Positions 29,713-37,605 of a stretch of 64,000 nucleotides of DNA are shown one piece after another. The stretch spans positions 186,001-250,000 of the forward strand of contig JAWLHB010000003.1 in the NCBI GenBank assembly GCA_041690595.1, written 5' to 3'. Within the stretch, counting starts at the first letter, position 1; the number at the start of each line of letters is the position of its first letter. The position numbers were made by a program, and so were the translations under genes. Below the pieces are notes generated by a model, which saw only the letters and a program-made list of their open reading frames with translations, did no database searches and was not told where the DNA came from. This DNA is from Lentisphaeria bacterium (GTDB lineage: Bacteria > Verrucomicrobiota > Lentisphaeria > JABSQK01 > JAWLHB01).

Positions 29713-32700
29713 CTACTCGCCGGTGGGCGGGGCAGGCAACTCCACGCCCTGCAGGAATTGCTGCATGCGAGGCTGACGCAGCGCCAGGTCGACCCGTCGC
29801 AGGGCCAGCTCGAGAGTCTGGTTGATAATGTCGTAGTAGTGTTCAGTATGGAAGAAGAGCTTCGCCACGTCTGCATCGACGAGGTGGGTCTGGTTGGGGT
29901 CGACTTCGGGGACGAGCACGATTTTGCCGACACTGAACTGATCGAGTTCCGGCTCGGAGTCGCCGAAGTTCAGCATCATCATCTGCTTGAGAATAATGGC
30001 GCGCCGCAGTCGAATGAGGTCATCGCGGTTCTGGATGAGGATGGTGTAGTGCTGCATACCTTCGCGGGTTGTCTGGTTGAGATTCCAGAGCAGCGTTCTC
30101 CAGGCGTCCCGATCGGGACAGGCCACGACCTCGACCGCGGGAATGGGCTCGCTGATCAGGCTGCCCTGCTGCAGACGCTGCCGGTCGTAGCTGAACGTGA
30201 CGGCCAGAGCGCGGTCCTTGTGCAATGCGAAGAAGCTCATGGGATCCGTGCCGTCGCCATACTTCGCCAGGGTCTTGTCGAGGAACTCGACACCATAGCC
30301 GCCGGCTTCCTTGCGATCGAGGAAAAGCATCTTGTCCCACTCGATCATTTCATCGACACTCAGACGCTTGATGATGTCGTAGGTCATGCGATGCACCAGG
30401 ACATGGGCACCGGGTATCCCACCTCCGGCAAATTCCCGGAATGGCGTTTCATCGGCCAACAGGACATTCTGGCGAACCACATGCTGCACGAGTCCGCGAT
30501 AGCGCTGCAGGCGCTGATTGCCGGAGAGGAAGTCGAGATCGTATACATCTTCGGCGCGCAGCCGATAGAAATCGCGGAAGAGCATCTTGCCAAAACTGTC
30601 GAAGCGATCTTCGTCCTTTGGCAGCGAGCGAGCCACGTAGTGCTCGGTCGGCAGAATATAGGGGGTCAGGACAATGATCACCTCGCGCTTGGAGATCCTG
30701 TCCTTGGAGCTTCGGAAGGCGGGGCCAAGCCACGGCAGGTCGCCGAGAAAGGGTACCTTGTCAATGGCGGTGGACGTTTCGCGACTGACCAGTCCGCCAA
30801 CGATGAAGGGGGTATTGTTGGCAATGCGCGCATAGGTCTGGACCCGGCGGATGGAGATGGTGGGGGCCTGGGCAAGAAGGTTGCCATCGGTGTCGCGGAT
30901 CTGCAGATCCTCGCCGGCCACGGTGGCCGAGACCGTCGTATCCACCAGGAGGCTGACGTTTCTGCCGTCCTCGGACATGCGGGGGCGTATGTTGAGCAGG
31001 ATGCCGGTGGGAATATAGTGGAAGGTGAAGGAGAGCTTGTTGTTGTTGGCGACGGTACCGCTGGTGGCGATGGGCACATCCCGGCCGACGCGGATGGTTG
31101 CCTGCCGGTTGTCGAGGGCGAGTACGCTGGGGCGGGAGAGCACTTCGGCCTTTCCATCGCGGATCAAGGCACGCAAGGTGGCTCCCCAGTCCTTCGTGAA
31201 GTTGTTGCTGAGGGCATAGTCGCCGGTCAACGTACTGGTGGTCAATCCTTGAAGAATGCCACCGGCGGTCATGCGCCAGTTCGCGTTCTGAAAGAACCAT
31301 TCCACCCCCAGCTCCTTCAGGCCATCCTCGCTGATTTCAAGGACCAGCCCTTCCACGAAGATCTGCCTGGCTGGAATGTCGACAATCTGGCGAATGGCAT
31401 TGTGCACCCGGGTCAGTTGATCGGGAAAGGAAGGATGGTAGAAGATCAGCAACTGGCTGGTGGGCGAACCAATCGTGTCCGGCGGCAACTTGCTGGCGAC
31501 GCTGGGAATAAGAGTCATGCCGAGTGTGCTGCGGTCAACCTGCTGCTCGCCGACCAGCCCGACGGAGGCATCGTTGAGTGGAGGCATGCGAACGACCACG
31601 GGGAGCTGGTGGAAATCGACGTCGGAGCTGACGGGATCGCTGTCAGCCAGTGTCATGAAGCCAAGGCGCCCCAGCGCTTTCATGGCGTTGGCACTGTCGA
31701 TGTAGCTGAGATTGAGGACATCGACCTGCAAGTCCTGCCAGGCGATATAGGATTGCTGCGCACCGCTGCGAGCATCGATGACGCCCTGCGCCACCGCCAC
31801 CACGTCGTCGACCTCCTGAGCCGCCGCCAACTGGCCGCCCTGCTCCACGACTCCCTGCAGCCACAGGTTTGGCGCTTGCGTAAGCGAGCGGGTGTAGCCA
31901 ATGCGGAGCCAGCGAGTCACGCCGTCGAGCGAGCGCTTTAGTGTCTTGACACCTTCTATGCGCGGCGGAACCTGCGGTAATTCATCCTCTCCCGGGCGGG
32001 AGAGCCGATATCCTTGTTCCGTCGACAGCTTCAGCAGAAGATTGCCGATAAGCTCCTCGATTTCAACCTTGCGCATACTGGGAAGCTCGAGCAGGGAACC
32101 CGAAATCTGATCATTGTGCGCCAACGCATGCTGAGCGTAGAGGCTCTCGTCATAGCTCTCCAAAGGGGCGGGAGCCGGCACATCGCCGGCGCCAAGGCGA
32201 CGGGTGGATGATCGAGCCGCATCGATTGCCCTGGCCAGCTCATCCAGTTCGGGTAACTGATCGCCGGTTGCGACCCATCCGGCGCTCGCCTTGGGTTCCT
32301 CGAATTCGATGGACTTGGTGGTGCGAGGTTCCATGGAGCGACACCCGGTGGCAAGCGTAGCCGCAACCATCATCACCGCGGTGAGAACGCGCAGTCCGGC
32401 CCATACCGCATCGGAAGAAGTCGTTGACGCAGGGCTTTGGGGCTTGAAGGGAACGGCTTCATCATCGGCCCGTTCATTGCGAGTGGTGGGGGCCTTGCCC
32501 AGATACTCTTCGCTGGAGCCGTCGAACGCCACTTCACCATGTTGAATGTGCAGCACCCGATCTGTCATCCGAATGAGATTGCGCTCGTGAGTGATCATGA
32601 TCAACGTGCTCGACCTCATGTAGTTGGTGATGGCATGGACAACCTCTTCGGACGACTCCCTGTCAAGGGATGCGGTAGCCTCGTCAAGGAGCAGAATTCT

Positions 32701-34215
32701 GGGTCGCTTCAGCAGGGATCTGGCCAGGGTGATGCGTTGCTTTTCGCCGCGGCTGAGTTCGACGCCAGAGGTACCGATCTGGGTCTCATAGCCATTCGGC
32801 AGACGGGCAATGACCTTGCCGGCGCCGCTGATGCGGCAGACTTCCCGGATTTCATCCATGGTGGCATCTGGTTTGGCGTAACGAAGATTCTCATAGATGG
32901 TGGTGTTGAAGAGAAAGACCTCCTGAAAAGCAATCCCCACTTCGTTGCGCAGGTCCATGGTCGGCAGTTCCCTGATCGGTTTTCCATCTATGCGTACCGT
33001 GCCACTGGTGGCTTCCAGGAAACGCGGGATCAGGTACGCCATCGTGCTCTTGCCACCGCCACTGGGCCCCACCACGGCCACATGCTCGCCCGGTTCGATG
33101 GTGAAATGTACATCACGCAATACCGGGTCGCCATCCGGATCATAGGTGAAGCTGACGTTTTCGAAAGCGACACCACCACGAAAGGGGACAGGCATGGCCA
33201 CATCCGCCCGACGCCCCGTGAAGGCCAAGACGGGCTCCACCAGCAGCTCGAGCACCCTATCAACGCTGGCAGTCGTCTTGGAGAGATAGCTGGTGCCGCC
33301 CATCACCTCGACTACTGCCGGATAGAGCATGCCGACATAGCCGAAAAACATGAAGAAGGTGCCGGCGCTCATGCCATTGCGGACTTCGAGTGCGCCAAAG
33401 CCGAGGAGAAAGACAGTTCCCGCGCCAATCAACAGATCCGCGATCACCTTCTGAATGAAGTGCAGTCTCTGCGTTTCAATCTGGCTTTTGCGACTGCGAT
33501 CGATGTTGCGGTCGAAGATCTGTGTTTCGCGTTCTTCGGCCGCAAAGCCCTTGACCACCTCGATGCCGAGAAAGCGCTCGATAAGGTCACCGTAGGCACT
33601 GGCCAGATTCTCCTGGGTCTCCGACTGGCTCCGCCGCATGGAGCGTTTAAAGCGGTAATAGGTGACCAGATGAAGGGGCAGGACGATGGTACTGGCAAGG
33701 GCCAGACGCCAGTTGGTCGTGTAGAGGACCACCAGCAGTATCTGCAACATGAGGACGTTCAGCAGGAAGGTCGGAAACTTGTCTTGGATGAAGGACTGGA
33801 TCTTGAAGGTGTCGTCCATGACCCGGGACGCCACCTTGCCTGGCTGATTAGACTTGTAGTAGTTGAGGCTGAGCTGCTGGAGATGCTCGAACAATTGCCG
33901 CCGCATGCGAAAGCAGAGATCCTCGCTGACTCGCACGGAGACCATGCGGCTCGAGAAGAAGAGCAGGTTGCGGACGAGGTAAATGAAGAAGAGGGCCGGG
34001 AGAATGAGCCAGAGGAGGTTCCAGTTGCCCAGATTGGTCTCGGTGGGGAAGACTTCATCGATCATCAACTTGATGGTGAACGGCAGGGCCATGTTGGTCG
34101 CCGCCAGTACCGCCAGGAGAAGAACGACCAGGGCGAGTCGCCAGGAGTAGGGTCGCATCAGCGCGATGAGACCACCGTTGCTCCCCTTCTCGCTCTTCGG
34201 CTGTTGCTCCTCCAT
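29713..34215 (-). CDS. Fusion protein: ABC exporter TMD+NBD / internal lipoprotein-like signal / secretin (GspD/PilQ family) / unknown C-terminal domain
   Basis: GPSGGGKST, LSRGEKQR, LLLDEATASLD, ITHE; LATG-C625; QIFVEGLVLEI, LSRPSVLALDNRQATIRVG, GGLV, KVPFLGDLPWLGPAFRS, VLTPYI. Confidence 0.85.
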   Translation of the reverse strand: MEEQQPKSEKGSNGGLIALMRPYSWRLALVVLLLAVLAATNMALPFTIKLMIDEVFPTETNLGNWNLLWLILPALFFIYLVRNLLFFSSRMVSVRVSEDLCFRMRRQLFEHLQQLSLNYYKSNQPGKVASRVMDDTFKIQSFIQDKFPTFLLNVLMLQILLVVLYTTNWRLALASTIVLPLHLVTYYRFKRSMRRSQSETQENLASAYGDLIERFLGIEVVKGFAAEERETQIFDRNIDRSRKSQIETQRLHFIQKVIADLLIGAGTVFLLGFGALEVRNGMSAGTFFMFFGYVGMLYPAVVEVMGGTSYLSKTTASVDRVLELLVEPVLAFTGRRADVAMPVPFRGGVAFENVSFTYDPDGDPVLRDVHFTIEPGEHVAVVGPSGGGKSTMAYLIPRFLEATSGTVRIDGKPIRELPTMDLRNEVGIAFQEVFLFNTTIYENLRYAKPDATMDEIREVCRISGAGKVIARLPNGYETQIGTSGVELSRGEKQRITLARSLLKRPRILLLDEATASLDRESSEEVVHAITNYMRSSTLIMITHERNLIRMTDRVLHIQHGEVAFDGSSEEYLGKAPTTRNERADDEAVPFKPQSPASTTSSDAVWAGLRVLTAVMMVAATLATGCRSMEPRTTKSIEFEEPKASAGWVATGDQLPELDELARAIDAARSSTRRLGAGDVPAPAPLESYDESLYAQHALAHNDQISGSLLELPSMRKVEIEELIGNLLLKLSTEQGYRLSRPGEDELPQVPPRIEGVKTLKRSLDGVTRWLRIGYTRSLTQAPNLWLQGVVEQGGQLAAAQEVDDVVAVAQGVIDARSGAQQSYIAWQDLQVDVLNLSYIDSANAMKALGRLGFMTLADSDPVSSDVDFHQLPVVVRMPPLNDASVGLVGEQQVDRSTLGMTLIPSVASKLPPDTIGSPTSQLLIFYHPSFPDQLTRVHNAIRQIVDIPARQIFVEGLVLEISEDGLKELGVEWFFQNANWRMTAGGILQGLTTSTLTGDYALSNNFTKDWGATLRALIRDGKAEVLSRPSVLALDNRQATIRVGRDVPIATSGTVANNNKLSFTFHYIPTGILLNIRPRMSEDGRNVSLLVDTTVSATVAGEDLQIRDTDGNLLAQAPTISIRRVQTYARIANNTPFIVGGLVSRETSTAIDKVPFLGDLPWLGPAFRSSKDRISKREVIIVLTPYILPTEHYVARSLPKDEDRFDSFGKMLFRDFYRLRAEDVYDLDFLSGNQRLQRYRGLVQHVVRQNVLLADETPFREFAGGGIPGAHVLVHRMTYDIIKRLSVDEMIEWDKMLFLDRKEAGGYGVEFLDKTLAKYGDGTDPMSFFALHKDRALAVTFSYDRQRLQQGSLISEPIPAVEVVACPDRDAWRTLLWNLNQTTREGMQHYTILIQNRDDLIRLRRAIILKQMMMLNFGDSEPELDQFSVGKIVLVPEVDPNQTHLVDADVAKLFFHTEHYYDIINQTLELALRRVDLALRQPRMQQFLQGVELPAPPTGE

Positions 34216-34364
34216 ACCAAATCCGCCACTAGGCTTTACATACTTGCCGATCCGCTATCTTGTCATAAGACTTTGAGCCTTGAGACCCCACGCTTCGCCG
34301 TAGGTTCGCCATGACGAGCTTCTTTTCCTATCAACTTTGGCTGCATTCGAACAAGCGCAGACAT

Positions 34365-34443
34365 GACGCGGGGACGCGGGGACGCGGGGACACGGGACGC
34401 GGGGACGCGGGGACGCGGGGACGCGGGGACGCGGGGACGCGGG
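34365..34443 (+). repeat. Tandem 8-bp repeat (GACGCGGG) x10, one 7-bp variant
   Basis: Direct reading: 9 perfect units plus GACACGG at 34389-34395. Confidence 0.95.
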
Positions 34444-34467
34444 GATCACGCAAATCAGGGCCCTCCC

Positions 34468-34995
34468 TCACAGATCTCTCGCGGCTCCGATGAGGGGCTT
34501 GTATTCCAGACGTAAAGAGCACCCGTCGGCAGATCCCGACTTACTGAAGTTACCAATTAGCTCAAGAAGACGAGCTGCAGGATATTGTGATGAGAAACGA
34601 ATGGAAAACATTAGACAAAGCTTGATAAGTAGGCCAACGTCACCTTTAGCAACAAACTGAACCATGGCAGGCAACCCGCGAACATAAACTCTTTCTAACG
34701 TTATTTTTCGGCGAATAACGATCCATTTAAGCAAGAAGCAGCATAGTTCCAAATCCCCTGTTCTCTTACTGAGAATCAGCTTTCGCCTCGGTATTAGAAA
34801 TAACGCGGCCAGAATAATTGCTAAAACGGAAATGGACAAACAAAATGAATACCATTGATCATCCATCAAGTAGCGCCTATCCAGCTTATAGGCAAGATAC
34901 CACATAAAGATGGATAGGAAAATTGACAAAAGACAACAAACGTAGTTTCTTTCTGTATAGATAGTGAATATACTTTCTCCTTCTTCCATATGCAT
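34468..34995 (-). CDS. AT-rich hypothetical membrane protein
   Basis: 175-aa ORF, two N-terminal TM, visibly lower GC than flanks, AAGGAG upstream. Confidence 0.6.
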   Translation of the reverse strand: MHMEEGESIFTIYTERNYVCCLLSIFLSIFMWYLAYKLDRRYLMDDQWYSFCLSISVLAIILAALFLIPRRKLILSKRTGDLELCCFLLKWIVIRRKITLERVYVRGLPAMVQFVAKGDVGLLIKLCLMFSIRFSSQYPAARLLELIGNFSKSGSADGCSLRLEYKPLIGAARDL

Positions 34996-35037
34996 TAAAA
35001 ACCGCTCCTTATCGACCGTCCCCGTCTTGCCCTTGCC

Positions 35038-35724
35038 TCAGTTCACTTGCGTAATGGCGTACACCAGAGCTGGAGTTTGGCGGCCAGCCCCAAACAGATA
35101 AACCGCATTGCCGATGAAAAGCTGGTAGAAGTCGTGTGGTGAGGGTTCAGGATCTCCAGTCAAGCCGACTTCCATCTGTGGCGGCGCTCCTTGCACGGTT
35201 TCAAACTCAATACTACCGTCAACCTGAAACAGAAAGTACATGGGGTCATGTGCGTCGTAGCTTTCGGGGCTTTCATCTTCCAAGATCCACGCTGGCCCCC
35301 CGCCAACTTGTCCTATTCTGTGTTTGGAATCGGCTCGTTCCAAGCAGATGGGGCGGAACCTGACGCGCTCTTGATATTGACGGACAAGCTGACCTTGGGC
35401 TGTCTCAAATACAACGAAGTGGAAATTCAGTTGGTAGACGTTGAGGAAATTCGCCGGAATGTCTGCACCAGTGAGAACTCCGGAAAGCATTTCCGGAATG
35501 AGGTGGTTTTTGTCTGCACAGCTCGTGCAGGAAAAAACGGCCAGTGAAAGGCCGGTCCAGACATGATCGTCGGGGAAGGCAACTTGAAGGAAGAAGGTCT
35601 GCTCAGCGCGACATAAAGCACATTTCGGAATCGCATTCCCTCTGGGCAATACAGGCTTGCCGCCAACAAAACAGGCTTCGTCCCCCGTTTGCTGCCCGTC
35701 AGTGAGTATCATTGAGGAGCCCAT
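35038..35724 (-). CDS. Putative immunity protein (YwqG/DUF1963-like)
   Basis: VGGKPVLP..IPKCALC...TFFLQV and second half VGGGPAWI...FLFQV; directly downstream of a toxin remnant. Confidence 0.6.
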   Translation of the reverse strand: MGSSMILTDGQQTGDEACFVGGKPVLPRGNAIPKCALCRAEQTFFLQVAFPDDHVWTGLSLAVFSCTSCADKNHLIPEMLSGVLTGADIPANFLNVYQLNFHFVVFETAQGQLVRQYQERVRFRPICLERADSKHRIGQVGGGPAWILEDESPESYDAHDPMYFLFQVDGSIEFETVQGAPPQMEVGLTGDPEPSPHDFYQLFIGNAVYLFGAGRQTPALVYAITQVN

Positions 35725-35730
35725 ACTACC

Positions 35731-35950
35731 TCATGGATTGGCGAATGCCTGGATGACCGTTCGACCCTTGATGCGAGCTTGGCAACACGTACGAAGACTT
35801 CATCACCAGCGCTGCACAACATGCAATCTGCTGCTCAACTGACTGAACGAGCTATGGCTAGCACTGGGTGCTTGCGGGAAGATGTTTCCCCCTTCGGACT
35901 CCTTCAAGACCGCCTACCTCCGTCCGACCGCAAGGTGCAATGCGTCATCA
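35731..35950 (-). pseudogene. Degenerate C-terminal tip of a DNA/RNA non-specific endonuclease toxin
   Basis: Pieces DDALHLAVGRR*, GNIFPQ, EQQIA, AGDEVFVRV, RIKGRTVIQAFANP* spread over three frames with stops. Confidence 0.62.
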
Positions 35951-36079
35951 GCAATGTCAAGCTGCTTTGCCGCGGTAGCGATTTTCTGATGTGGCGGACA
36001 TCGTTCTCTGCGATGCTTGCCTGTCGACCGCCGTGGCTGCATCAGCAAGATTCACCGGACTCCCGCGCCCCGATTAGCC

Positions 36080-36106
36080 ATCCTGTTGATCCTGTCAATC
36101 CTGTCC
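36080..36106 (+). repeat. Tandem 9-bp repeat ATCCTGTNN x3
   Basis: ATCCTGTTG ATCCTGTCA ATCCTGTCC. Confidence 0.8.
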
Positions 36107-36175
36107 AACTCTGCCCTGATGCTCGCCAATCTTCGTGCCTTCTGCTCTTCGCGGTATGGTATCTCCCTGCGAAGA

Positions 36176-36370
36176 CGAATGAGCGGGGATGGGCATTGGG
36201 GAGCGGCGACGCGAATGAGGCCACTCAGGCGAGTGGCGTGCCCGGGAGGGGGAACTGCGGGGCGAATGAGCGGGGATGGGCATTTGGGGTGCGGCGATGC
36301 GAATGACGCCACTCAGGCGAGTGGCGTTCCCGGGAAGGGGACCCGAGGGCGAATGAAAGGCGAGGGGCAT
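36176..36370 (+). repeat. 87-bp-period direct repeat (2 units plus partial) with REP-like palindrome
   Basis: CGAATGA at 36176, 36263, 36350; each full unit has GCCACTC-AGGC-GAGTGGC. Confidence 0.85.
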
Positions 36371-36531
36371 GCCTGGGATTCGATTGGAGTGGCGGCGTCG
36401 GATGGATCGACCATGGGTTTGAGGCGAGGGCGTAATGGTGGGCGGATCGTGCCGTCGGAGGTTGTTCGGCGGCTTTACATCCAGCTCAAGGGGTCTATAT
36501 TTTCACCTCCAACTCCAAGCACAGGTTTCAC

Positions 36532-37605
36532 GTGATCGAGACACCTCTATTTCCAGAGCAGAAAGATGCCGGTCGGGATCGTGCCCTGAATTCGTTGGCG
36601 CACGCGTTGCGCATCACCTTTCGTCTGCTGATCGTGGCGCTGCTTGGCGCGATGGCCGTATTTCTCTGGCGCAGTTTCTTTGTAGTGGAGCAGTACGAAG
36701 CGGGAATCGTGCTGCGCTTCGGGCAGCTGACGAGTGTGAATGGGAATGTGGTGCGGGGGGATGGTCTGCACGTGACCTTTCCTTATCCCATCGACGAGAA
36801 GCTTACGGTGCCGGCCGCGGGTCGAATCCAGACGGTGGAAAGCAATGACCTGTGGTACAGCGACGATCCGACCACCATGGAGCAACGCATCCCCCCCACC
36901 CTGAAACCGGGCATCGATGGGTATTCGCTGACGGGCGACATGACTATTCTCCACAGCCAGTGGGCTCTGCGCTACTCTATCGTACAACCGGTTGATTATG
37001 CCTTTGCCTTTGCCGATAACAGCCCGGATCATCAGATGACGCGCAACTTTCTGCGTCGCCTGCTGAACGGCGCCATCACGCAGGCATCGGCAGCCCTTCC
37101 AATCGATCGCACGTGGGCCGATCGGCAGAATTTTGCCGAAGCGGTTCGCCAGATCGTGGAGGCGGACGTGGAAGAACTCGATCTGGGTGTGCAGGTGACG
37201 GCCGTGCAGCCAGTGGGGATTTCACCCCCGCGGCAGGTGGAGGCAGCTTTCCAGGCGGTGACCAGTGCCAATACGATCAGCGATCAACTGCTGGCGCAGG
37301 CGCGGGCATATCGCAGCCAGGTGCTCAATGCCGCCACCAGCGAGCGGGTGCGCCTGCTGACCGCAGCCGAAACCTTTCGCGATGAGAAGGTGCGCCGCGC
37401 GGATGCCGATGCCGCGTATTTCGCCGACCTTTACGAAAAGGTGCAGCAGTATCCGGAGTTGCGGCGCAGCATGCAGCAGGAAACCCTGCAACGGGTGCTG
37501 GGCCGAGTCAACCGCAAGTTCATCATCACGGGTGATGAAGACGACGAGATCCGCCTGCAACTCTACATGCCCTCCAGCACCCCCAAGCCGCAAGCACAAC
37601 CGTGA
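36532..37605 (+). CDS. SPFH/band-7 protein, HflK-like
   Basis: TM then EAGIVLRFG, FPYPID, LTGDMTILH, PPRQVEAAFQAV; GTG start. Confidence 0.85.
   Translation: MIETPLFPEQKDAGRDRALNSLAHALRITFRLLIVALLGAMAVFLWRSFFVVEQYEAGIVLRFGQLTSVNGNVVRGDGLHVTFPYPIDEKLTVPAAGRIQTVESNDLWYSDDPTTMEQRIPPTLKPGIDGYSLTGDMTILHSQWALRYSIVQPVDYAFAFADNSPDHQMTRNFLRRLLNGAITQASAALPIDRTWADRQNFAEAVRQIVEADVEELDLGVQVTAVQPVGISPPRQVEAAFQAVTSANTISDQLLAQARAYRSQVLNAATSERVRLLTAAETFRDEKVRRADADAAYFADLYEKVQQYPELRRSMQQETLQRVLGRVNRKFIITGDEDDEIRLQLYMPSSTPKPQAQP

Noticed and set aside
29758..34314. Long plus-strand ORFs of 727 aa and 625 aa
   Set aside because: Antisense shadows of the ABC-secretin gene; no motifs; common in GC-rich DNA
34255..34522. 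Short ORFs with PRVPASPR repeats
   Set aside because: Translations of the 8-bp tandem repeat
36176..36370. Possible CRISPR array
   Set aside because: Only 2-3 units, inter-palindrome sequences nearly identical rather than unique spacers, and no cas genes
35779..36535. Plus-strand ORFs of 175 and 172 aa
   Set aside because: They run through repeats and the antisense toxin remnant; no RBS or domain features
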